Notes under the pieces: model-generated
The model's input: only the letters and a program-made list of their open reading frames with translations
The model's database searches: none
What the model was told of the DNA's origin: nothing
Shown: positions 1-7,120 of the stretch, piece by piece
How positions within the stretch are numbered: the first letter of the stretch is position 1
Layout: the number at the start of each line of letters is the position of its first letter
NCBI GenBank assembly: GCA_036505135.1
Contig: DASXTZ010000018.1
Span: 1-30,628, forward strand
Direction: 5' to 3'
Source of the DNA: Ignavibacteria bacterium
GTDB lineage: Bacteria; Bacteroidota; Ignavibacteria; Tepidaquicellales; OLB5
Length of the DNA stretch: 30,628 nt
Made by a program: the position numbers and the translations under genes

Positions 1-99
1 ATCAAGATAAAACTTCTCACCCGTTTTTAAGTTCGGGAAGTTATTATAAACAGCATCATAAAATCTGGTTACTGTTTCGTTATAATAATATTCGTTCAT
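1..99 (-). CDS. N-terminal fragment of a gene running off the window, possibly a class I SAM-dependent methyltransferase
   Basis: Not in the ORF track. ATG at 97-99, open for 33 codons to the window edge: MNEYYYNETVTRFYDAVYNNFPNLKTGEKFYLD. The RFYDxxY...FYL pattern resembles methyltransferase N-termini, but no SAM-binding motif lies inside the window. Confidence 0.45.
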   Translation of the reverse strand, partial: MNEYYYNETVTRFYDAVYNNFPNLKTGEKFYLD

Positions 100-115
100 T
101 TTTTGTCCTTTCAGC

Positions 116-144
116 TGCGAGGAGCGAAGCCGTGAAGCAGCCTC
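116..144 (+). repeat. REP-like element, family B (TTGCGA-core-GAAGCAATC)
   Basis: TGCGAGGAGCGAAGCCGTGAAGCAGCCTC, next to the ABC stop codon; similar to 13407-13430 and 13450-13480. Confidence 0.7.
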
Positions 145-145
145 A

Positions 146-2002
146 TTAAAGCGGGATTGCTTCACTTACTCTTCCAATTTTTTCTTCTATTGCTTCTTTT
201 TCCCTTTGTGCGCGAAGCTGCCTTGTATATAAATTGTAATATATTCCTTTTGCTTTCATCAGTTCATAATGATTGCCATCTTCAAGTATCTTTCCCTTTT
301 TTATCACAAGAATTCTATCGCAATGCTTTATTGTGGATAGCCTGTGTGCAATAATAATAGATGTTCTGCCTTCCATTATTCCGACTATGCCGTGCTGGAT
401 CCGCGCTTCAGTTAAGGTATCAACCGATGAAGTAGCCTCGTCCATTATAAATATTCGGGGATCAGCAAGGATAGCGCGGGCAAACGAAACAAGCTGTTTT
501 TCACCCATTGAAAGATTTTCGCCGCCTTCGCCTACCTGTTCATCAAGTCTTGTTATGAAATCATCCGCCCCGGCTATTTTTAAGGCATTTATTACTTCCA
601 TATCCTCTGCCTCTTCCCTGCCATATTTAATATTTTCCTTAACAGTACCTGAAAACAAATGCGGAGTCTGCAGCACAACACCCAGCTGGCTCCTTAAGCT
701 AAACATCGTCTTATCTTTGTAATCAATTCCGTCAATTTTAATTCTTCCGCCGGTTGGTTCATAAAAACGGCAGATAAGATTAATAATTGTTGATTTACCG
801 CTTCCGGTTTCTCCAACAAGTGCAATACTCTCTCCGGCCTTAATATCCAGATTCATGTTTTCTATAACGGGCTTGCCCTGCTCATACTGAAATGATATGT
901 TTTCAAATTCTATATTCCCATCGATTCTTTCGTAATCTTCTGCGCCATATTTATCTACTATTTGAGCTTTCGTATCTACTAGTGAAAATATTCTCTCCCC
1001 TGCCGAGATGCTATTCTGTGCTTGTGAATAGAATCTTGATATATCAAGTATGGGCTCGAATATCATAGTAGCATACCCAAAAAATGCGGCAAGCGTTCCG
1101 ACCGTAATCTCGGCAGGTATTGCAACAGCCATAGAACCGCCATAATACACAACAAATGCAGCAGCAGTTGAGCCGCCGAATATTATAAGCGGCATAAAGA
1201 TTGCAGAAAAATATGCCGATTTATATGAAGAAATCCTCATTTTTTCACTTAGAATGTCGAAATCTTCACTTACCCGTTTCTCCTGGACAAGGCTTTTGTT
1301 AACCTCAACTCCGTTAATGTGCTCATTAAACCTTGCAGTAATTTCGCTGTTATATTTTCTTGCCTCTCGTGAATATTTTAATATCAGCATTCTTAATTTT
1401 ATAGATACCAGCATCAATACAGGAATAGCTGTGGTTACAATAATTGCAAGCTTCCAGTTGTAAATAAACATTACAGTTACGCAGAATATTATCATGCCAA
1501 CTCCCCAGATTATTTCTATCATGTTCCATGAGATGAGCTCTGTAACTTTTATTGTGTCTGAAGATATCCTTGAAAGCAGCCATCCAACAGCAGACCTGTC
1601 ATAAAACGAAAACGAAAGTTCCTGCAGTTTTATAAACAGCTGCTGTCTTATATCATACATTACATATTCCTGTATCCTGCCTGCAAAATTAATAAAGCCA
1701 AATACTCCTCCGGCCAGAGTTAATCCCAATCCCAGGAAAATTAATCCATAGTATATAACTGCGGTTTGGTCAACATTGTATGTTCCCGTAGTTTTGAGTG
1801 ACTCGACAGCGGGAACAATAATATTGTCGATCAGGCTTTTCCATACAAGCGGGTAAATTGCTTCAATAAGAGCAACAAGCAATACGAAGCCGGTAAAGCC
1901 CGCTACCCACTTTGGATATTTAAAGCTGTATGTTAACAGTCTCCTTAAAAAAGGATACAACGACCCCTTAGTTTTAAATTGCTTATCCTTTAATTTTGAC
2001 AT
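146..2002 (-). CDS. Heterodimeric ABC exporter subunit (TMD-NBD), chain with consensus Walker B and degenerate signature (TM288/BmrD-like)
   Basis: N-terminal TM helices; Walker A GETGSGKST; degenerate signature LSMGEKQ; Walker B IFIMDE; H-switch IAHR. Confidence 0.93.
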   Translation of the reverse strand: MSKLKDKQFKTKGSLYPFLRRLLTYSFKYPKWVAGFTGFVLLVALIEAIYPLVWKSLIDNIIVPAVESLKTTGTYNVDQTAVIYYGLIFLGLGLTLAGGVFGFINFAGRIQEYVMYDIRQQLFIKLQELSFSFYDRSAVGWLLSRISSDTIKVTELISWNMIEIIWGVGMIIFCVTVMFIYNWKLAIIVTTAIPVLMLVSIKLRMLILKYSREARKYNSEITARFNEHINGVEVNKSLVQEKRVSEDFDILSEKMRISSYKSAYFSAIFMPLIIFGGSTAAAFVVYYGGSMAVAIPAEITVGTLAAFFGYATMIFEPILDISRFYSQAQNSISAGERIFSLVDTKAQIVDKYGAEDYERIDGNIEFENISFQYEQGKPVIENMNLDIKAGESIALVGETGSGKSTIINLICRFYEPTGGRIKIDGIDYKDKTMFSLRSQLGVVLQTPHLFSGTVKENIKYGREEAEDMEVINALKIAGADDFITRLDEQVGEGGENLSMGEKQLVSFARAILADPRIFIMDEATSSVDTLTEARIQHGIVGIMEGRTSIIIAHRLSTIKHCDRILVIKKGKILEDGNHYELMKAKGIYYNLYTRQLRAQREKEAIEEKIGRVSEAIPL

Positions 2003-2080
2003 TCCTTTCCTTTCTCTCTTTTTTTTGTCTTTTCACTTTTCATTCTTCATGTTTTTCGTTACATTTTACATTTCAAGTGA

Positions 2081-3277
2081 TCAATCTTTATATGGATCAT
2101 ACACATCTTCTCCCGCCATTGCCACACCTATGGGTTTCAATCTGCTAAGTATCTTAATTGTATTTTGATGATAATTTAGAACCTCGTTCAAATTTTTATA
2201 CACTTCAGGTGCTTCATCTGCGCCGCCGCCGCGAAGCTCGATACCCTTTTGTTTTAATTCTTCTTTCACTCTTTTAAAATTGATCTCACCCCTTGTGACA
2301 TGTATCATTTTTCCATGCTTCCACTTTCTTTTACCGGCAGCTTTGGTTCTGGACATTACTCTTCCCGCTCCATGAACTGTTGAATACAGTGAGTTCTTCG
2401 ATTCGTCCGAATCCACACCTTCTATTATGTAAGATGTCCCGCCCATTGTTGAGCCTATAAACGACTGCTGGCCGGGGAACGCAGGCGTGCAGCCTTTCCT
2501 TACTACCCAGTATTTTCTCCCGAAGTGTTCTTCAAGCCAGGCAAAATTATGATGATTATGAACTTCAAAAATGGATTTTGCACCGAGTATTTCAAGAACT
2601 TTTTTAACCACCAGGTCGCGTCCCGCATAGGCATATTCACCCGCAAGCTTCATTGCCTGTATATAATCCTTCCCAAGCTCGCTTTTTATATCAAGCAAAG
2701 TTGGCGGCGCGTCCATACTGTTAGCATCACGGGGCTTCTCTTCAAATTTAAGTCCCTTTGCAAGTGCCAGGAAACCCATTGCCGTTTTGTGCCCGAACCC
2801 GCGTGAGCCGAAGTGTACTCCAACCCATAAAACGTCATCTTTATCTTCAAAAAGATCAACGTAGTGATTGCCGCTGCCTACAGTCCCAAGCTGCCCGCTT
2901 GCCAGCTTAGCCATATTCTTTTGCGGTTTAAAATCGGTTCCCGCTATTTCATCAATTACAGGATGGTCAGCAGGCTCATTGTTTACTCTGCCAATGCCAA
3001 AGCTAATTCTGCGCGCTATCTCATCCATTATTCTTTTCTTATCTATATCTTTAGCCATTATATCCGTTTTAACCGCCTTGTTGCCGCATGCAATATCGAA
3101 ACCAACACCGGATGGACTGATGTAATCTTTATAAGCAACGGCTCCGCCAATTGGCATGCTGTAGCCAACGTGGTTATCCGCACAAAGAACGGCATAATCA
3201 CCATCTGTTGAACAGCGCTCAATTTGAGCTACCGCCCTTTCGTCAACTTCCCCGAATATTTTGATCTTTGATTTCAT
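2081..3277 (-). CDS. rtcB: RtcB family RNA ligase (RNA repair)
   Basis: All RtcB catalytic motifs are present: ADNHVGYSMPIGG, VGFDIACG, GTVGSGNH, HFGSRG, HHN, RKG, HGAGRVMSR, DEAPEVYK. Confidence 0.95.
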   Translation of the reverse strand: MKSKIKIFGEVDERAVAQIERCSTDGDYAVLCADNHVGYSMPIGGAVAYKDYISPSGVGFDIACGNKAVKTDIMAKDIDKKRIMDEIARRISFGIGRVNNEPADHPVIDEIAGTDFKPQKNMAKLASGQLGTVGSGNHYVDLFEDKDDVLWVGVHFGSRGFGHKTAMGFLALAKGLKFEEKPRDANSMDAPPTLLDIKSELGKDYIQAMKLAGEYAYAGRDLVVKKVLEILGAKSIFEVHNHHNFAWLEEHFGRKYWVVRKGCTPAFPGQQSFIGSTMGGTSYIIEGVDSDESKNSLYSTVHGAGRVMSRTKAAGKRKWKHGKMIHVTRGEINFKRVKEELKQKGIELRGGGADEAPEVYKNLNEVLNYHQNTIKILSRLKPIGVAMAGEDVYDPYKD

Positions 3278-3280
3278 TAT

Positions 3281-3311
3281 TAACCCTGAACCCTTATGGG
3301 ACGAAGGTCTC
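3281..3311 (+). repeat. REP-like element, family A (CCCTGA-core-CGAAGGNTCTC)
   Basis: TAACCCTGAACCCTTATGGGACGAAGGTCTC fills most of the 39-nt ABC/rtcB spacer; arms match the reverse complement of 21395-21420. Confidence 0.7.
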
Positions 3312-3316
3312 TTTTT

Positions 3317-5221
3317 TTAATTTGCGTAAATACCTTTACTTTTCATTCCTCTTTTCAAGTTTGACGCTTCACCTTTCACATTCATTACATCATTTTCGAT
3401 TTCTTCTTCAATTGATACCTGGATATCAAATATCTTCTTATAGAACCCGTCATTGCTTATTAGCTCCTCATGCGAACCCTGTTCTATAACCTTTCCCTTA
3501 TCAAGTACTATTATTCTATCGCAATCCTGCACGGAAGTTATCCTATGAGCAATAACAATGGTGGTTTTTCCATCAGTTATATTGCGCAATGCCTTCTGAA
3601 TTTCAAATTCGGTTTCCGTATCAACCGATGAGGTTGAGTCATCAAGAACAAGAACATCCGGATCTTTCAGCAAAGTCCGAGCCAGTGTTACACGCTGTTT
3701 CTGGCCGCCTGAGAGCGTTACCCCTTTTTCCCCAACAACCGTATCGTAAGCATTGGGGAAAATATCCATAATAATATCATGAATATTGGCAACCTTAGCA
3801 GACTCAACCACCTCATCTATATGCGTATCAGGGTCTGCGTAAGCAATATTCTCCATTATCGAAGTAGAGAACAAGAATGGCTTTTGCAGGACAACTCCAA
3901 TTCTACTTCTCAGGTATCCGCGCGAAAATTCGTTAATATTTTTTCCATCTATTCTTATTTCTCCTGAGTCCGGCTGGTAGAACCTCATCAGCAAAGAAAT
4001 AATTGTTGATTTACCCGAACCTGTGGGGCCAAGCAGCGCAATCTTCTCGCCCGGATTTATCTTAAAACTAATTCCGCTTAAGACATGATTTTTTTCTTGT
4101 TCAGAATATTTGAAATACACATTATCGAATTCAATGCTTCCCGCAAGCCCTCTGCCCCTGTTACCAAAACCCGAGTAATTTTCCTGCTCTGTATTTAAAA
4201 TGGAATAAATCCTTTGTATTGCAACAGAGGTCATACCCATTTCGCTTACAAGCTGGGCTAACCTTCTCATTGGCCAGGTAACAAAAGACGCATATGAAAA
4301 GAACGCAACATATTCGCCCACAGTAATACTGTTACTTACTACAAAATAAACTCCTGCAAAGATTGAAATAGCAAGCTGAAGATAAACCATAACATCAGAG
4401 CCCGGCCAGTAAATCGAATGAAGCTTCATCAGTCTTATGCCCCATCTGCGTTTTAGCTCGTTCTGGCTTGTAAACCTGGTGATCTCATATTTTTCCTTGG
4501 CAAATGCCTTAACAACCCTGATACCGGATAGATTTTCCTGAACCAAAGCCGTCAGCTTATCCTGTTCAGCCTCATGTTTTGTCCATATTTCTCCTTCTTT
4601 TTTGAAGAAGTAAAACGAACCCAGCAAAACCAGCGGAACGGTGCCTATTGCAATCAGCGCATAAGTAGAATTTATCATCAGCATCATTATTGAAGCGCCT
4701 GTGAAAATTGAAGTCAGCCTGACAGTTTCAATGACCTGCATGTATGCAAACTTGCGGACAGTTTCTACATCACCTGTGCAGCGCTGAATAAGTTCACCCG
4801 TGGGGGTTTTACTGTAATAATCCATCGGCAAATGCTGCAGGTGCAGAAACAGCCTGTCTCGGAGCTTCTTTATGGCCTTTTCAGTTGCAGATGCGCTTAT
4901 GGCGCTTGATGAAAAACCTGTTGCTCCTCTTAGCAAAGAAATAGAAACAAACATAGCGCCTAATGATAACAATATTATCCCAGCATTTTCTATTTTGATT
5001 TGCGGCAATAAGCTGTATAAAAAGCGCGTGATAAAATCATCACCGGCAATCTGGGTATTCCCTTTTGCAACGAAGAAGGAAATAATTTTATCAACCGTTA
5101 TCTGCAGTACCCTTGGCTCAAGCATCCTGAATCCCATAGATACAACAAGCAGTATTGCCGCGCCGGAATACTGGTATTTCCACTTATCTAATATTTCAAA
5201 TAATTTGTAAAAACTCTTCAT
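3317..5221 (-). CDS. Heterodimeric ABC exporter subunit (TMD-NBD), chain with degenerate Walker B (TM287/BmrC-like)
   Basis: Walker A GPTGSGKST; consensus signature LSGGQKQR; Walker B VLVLDD (catalytic Glu replaced by Asp). Start reassigned from 5266 to ATG 5221 (MKSFYKLF) because the extra 15 codons are mostly a palindromic repeat. Confidence 0.92.
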   Translation of the reverse strand: MKSFYKLFEILDKWKYQYSGAAILLVVSMGFRMLEPRVLQITVDKIISFFVAKGNTQIAGDDFITRFLYSLLPQIKIENAGIILLSLGAMFVSISLLRGATGFSSSAISASATEKAIKKLRDRLFLHLQHLPMDYYSKTPTGELIQRCTGDVETVRKFAYMQVIETVRLTSIFTGASIMMLMINSTYALIAIGTVPLVLLGSFYFFKKEGEIWTKHEAEQDKLTALVQENLSGIRVVKAFAKEKYEITRFTSQNELKRRWGIRLMKLHSIYWPGSDVMVYLQLAISIFAGVYFVVSNSITVGEYVAFFSYASFVTWPMRRLAQLVSEMGMTSVAIQRIYSILNTEQENYSGFGNRGRGLAGSIEFDNVYFKYSEQEKNHVLSGISFKINPGEKIALLGPTGSGKSTIISLLMRFYQPDSGEIRIDGKNINEFSRGYLRSRIGVVLQKPFLFSTSIMENIAYADPDTHIDEVVESAKVANIHDIIMDIFPNAYDTVVGEKGVTLSGGQKQRVTLARTLLKDPDVLVLDDSTSSVDTETEFEIQKALRNITDGKTTIVIAHRITSVQDCDRIIVLDKGKVIEQGSHEELISNDGFYKKIFDIQVSIEEEIENDVMNVKGEASNLKRGMKSKGIYAN

Positions 5222-5229
5222 ATTTTTAA

Positions 5230-5264
5230 TTGCGAATCCTGCTTTAGCAGGATGAAGCAATCCC
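5230..5264 (+). repeat. REP-like element, family B with an 8-bp-stem hairpin core
   Basis: TTGCGA + ATCCTGCT-TT-AGCAGGAT + GAAGCAATCCC. Confidence 0.75.
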
Positions 5265-5288
5265 ATTTAATTTATTATTTTACTGCAT

Positions 5289-5323
5289 AAAAAAACCGCG
5301 AACCCTTTACGTCCGCGGTTTTT
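5289..5323 (-). terminator. Intrinsic terminator (attenuator) between the leader ORF and the ABC operon
   Basis: Minus-strand RNA AAAAACCGCGGA-CGUAAAGGG-UUCGCGGUUUUUUU: GC-rich stem followed by U7. Confidence 0.85.
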
Positions 5324-5382
5324 AAAACTTATTTGTATATAAATTGGTGTTATCTCATATACCCCCGTTTAAACCACGGACG
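5310..5382 (-). promoter_or_regulatory. Antiterminator pairing between the leader coding sequence and the terminator 5' arm
   Basis: RNA CGUCCGUGGUUU (5382-5371) is complementary to AAACCGCGGACG (5321-5310): 12 of 12 pairs including one G-U wobble. Confidence 0.75.
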
Positions 5383-5454
5383 GACTACTCCCATGACTGG
5401 AATTGTAAGAACTGTGTCAATGTGCCCGTTATATTTTATGATAGAATTGTTCAC
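5350..5454 (-). CDS. Putative 34-aa leader (attenuator) peptide MNNSIIKYNGHIDTVLTIPVMGVVRPWFKRGYMR
   Basis: Not in the ORF track. GTG start with AAGGA 7 nt upstream, 35 codons ending in TAA, placed between a clear promoter and a terminator. Confidence 0.7.
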   Translation of the reverse strand: MNNSIIKYNGHIDTVLTIPVMGVVRPWFKRGYMR

Positions 5455-5494
5455 CTTATAATCCTTTTTTATATGTCTGTGATTTAACGTTTTA

Positions 5495-5525
5495 CAAAAT
5501 TAAGAAAAAATAGCCGAAGTGTCAA
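5495..5525 (-). promoter_or_regulatory. Housekeeping promoter for the leader/ABC/rtcB transcript
   Basis: TTGACA (5525-5520), 17-nt spacer, TAATTTTG (5502-5495). Confidence 0.75.
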
Positions 5526-5580
5526 GAAGAAATTATTAATTTCTTATGAAAAAAAATATTACTGTAAACACCCAAAAAAA

Positions 5581-5691
5581 TCAAAAAAATATCTTCTTTG
5601 GATAGGTTACTTTTATATATTTCCATTTATAGTGAGATAAAACTCTAAGCGGTATAAGGATAAAAAAAAAGAATAAAGCAAATGCTTCCAT
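5581..5691 (-). CDS. Putative 36-aa small hydrophobic protein MEAFALFFFFILIPLRVLSHYKWKYIKVTYPKKIFF
   Basis: Not in the ORF track. AGGAGG 4 nt before the ATG; hydrophobic N-terminal stretch then a basic tail; candidate promoter upstream. Confidence 0.5.
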   Translation of the reverse strand: MEAFALFFFFILIPLRVLSHYKWKYIKVTYPKKIFF

Positions 5692-5722
5692 TTTTCCTCC
5701 TGATTGCTTTCCCCTTGTTGTA

Positions 5723-5750
5723 AATATAATGAAAAATGTTCTTAAGGCAA
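5723..5750 (-). promoter_or_regulatory. Candidate promoter for the 36-aa ORF
   Basis: TTGCCT, 16-nt spacer, TATATT. Confidence 0.4.
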
Positions 5751-5920
5751 AAAAAAATTGTTAATAACTTATTATTAAACTTTTTTAGAAACTAAACTAA
5801 TACTTTATAAACTTTGTGAAGCTTATAAATTTTTAATTTACTTATCCCATACCAGTGCCATAGAAAAAGGGAGTAAAAAATTATTTTATTAAACTTGCTT
5901 TGCTTTCAAATCCGAAATAG

Positions 5921-6715
5921 CTAAATATTTATTTCACCCTTAATAACTGTTACAGCCTTGCCGGAAAGGAATACGCGGTCGCCTTCAACTCTGACTCCGA
6001 CTCTCCCGCCTCTTGCAGATGCCTGGTAAGCGGTAAATTCTTTTTTGCCAAGCCTCTTCTGCCAGTATGGCCCTAAAGCGCAATGGGCAGAACCTGTAAC
6101 AGGGTCTTCCGGCACGCCTTTTTCAGGTGCAAAAAATCTTGAGACGAAGTCATACTCACCCGGATCAGCTTTAGCCGTTATAATTGTTCCCCATCCGGGA
6201 AGGTCAAGCAATAATTCAAAATCGGGCTGAACTGCGCGGACGGCCTGTTCATTTTCAAGCTCAACAACGTAATTCCACCTGGTCATGCCTACATATTTGG
6301 GGCTGACACCTCCAAGCGCTTGAATAAGTTCAACCGGGTACGATATTTCCTTTTCGGGAATTGCCGGGAAATCCATTTCAATCTCATCACCTTTTTTATA
6401 TGTAATAAGAGCGCCGCTTCGTGTTTTAAAATTAATTTGCTTATTAGTATCATGTAATCCCTGCTCCCATAAAATATGCGCACTTGCTAAAGTTGCATGG
6501 CCGCAAAGATCAACCTCGGCAGCGGGTGTGAACCAGCGAAGATCGTAAACATCATCTTCTTTTAAGACAAATGCTGTTTCAGAAAGATTCATTTCAAAGG
6601 CAATGTTCTGCATGGCGGAATCATAAATAGCTTCGTTTAATACGCAAACCGCCGCAGGATTACCGCTGAATGGCTTATCTGCGAATGCATCAACTGTATA
6701 AATTGGTAGTTTCAT
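5921..6715 (-). CDS. PhzF family isomerase/epimerase
   Basis: Motifs FSGNPAAV, EMNLSETAF, LRWFTPAAEVDLCGHATLA and EDPVTGSA. Confidence 0.92.
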   Translation of the reverse strand: MKLPIYTVDAFADKPFSGNPAAVCVLNEAIYDSAMQNIAFEMNLSETAFVLKEDDVYDLRWFTPAAEVDLCGHATLASAHILWEQGLHDTNKQINFKTRSGALITYKKGDEIEMDFPAIPEKEISYPVELIQALGGVSPKYVGMTRWNYVVELENEQAVRAVQPDFELLLDLPGWGTIITAKADPGEYDFVSRFFAPEKGVPEDPVTGSAHCALGPYWQKRLGKKEFTAYQASARGGRVGVRVEGDRVFLSGKAVTVIKGEINI

Positions 6716-6900
6716 GGTTACATCCCTGTGGGATAAGGTTCAAAGATTATAATTCAATTGTAAAAAATCAAACCCATATAAATTTCTCGGGTAAAAATAC
6801 GGGGCGTCAGTAACCAAACCAGAGGTTCCGGTGTTATATCGGAACGGGATTGAACCTTTAGTATGCAAAGCATTCCAAGAATCTCACAGAAACTAGCATC

Positions 6901-6955
6901 CCCTCCTTAGATAAGGAGGGAACATCGAAGCGAGGAGCTATAAAGGGGGTGGTTT
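6901..6955 (+). repeat. REP-like element, family C (CCCTC hairpin with GGGGTG tail)
   Basis: CCCTCCTTA-GA-TAAGGAGGG (9-bp stem), then GGGGGTGGTTT at 6945-6955. Confidence 0.7.
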
Positions 6956-6973
6956 GAAAATACCTTTATATCT

Positions 6974-7030
6974 GGATTCCCGCTCTACGAGTCTGGGACT
7001 CGAAGAGTCGTAGACCTACGCGGGAATGGC
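6974..7030 (-). repeat. REP-like element, family D (CATTCCCGC/GCGGGAATCC) containing a nested hairpin
   Basis: ATTCCCGC (6976-6983) pairs with GCGGGAAT (7020-7027); inside, TCTACGA (6984-6990) pairs with TCGTAGA (7008-7014). Confidence 0.7.
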
Positions 7031-7042
7031 AATGTGATAAAC

Positions 7043-7073
7043 AAAAAAAGGCGTCCCGAATTGGAACGCCTTT
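7043..7073 (-). terminator. Intrinsic terminator of the 8452/8041 unit
   Basis: RNA AAAGGCGUUCC-AAUUC-GGGACGCCUUUUUUU. Confidence 0.85.
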
Positions 7074-7083
7074 AAAAAATCTA

Positions 7084-7116
7084 ATCCTTCCCCCGAGCAC
7101 TGGGGGTCAGGATGAC
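7084..7116 (-). repeat. REP-like element, family A
   Basis: Reverse complement GTCATCCTGA-CCCCCAGTGCTCGGGGG-AAGGAT. Confidence 0.7.
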
Positions 7117-7120
7117 TTCG

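Noticed and set aside
3278-3316. Dedicated sigma-54/RtcR promoter for rtcB
   Set aside because: The 39-nt spacer is almost all repeat, shows no TGGCAC-N5-TTGC motif, and rtcR and rtcA are not in the window.
5222-5266. ORF-track start MGLLHPAKAG for ABC half 1
   Set aside because: The extension is mostly a family B repeat; ATG 5221 gives a length similar to the partner half.
6790-6900. Known riboswitch or tRNA remnant suggested by GGTTCAATCC on the minus strand
   Set aside because: The T-stem has a mismatch, no acceptor or anticodon arm can be built, and conserved TPP, FMN, B12 and SAM motifs are absent. Kept only as a low-interest finding.
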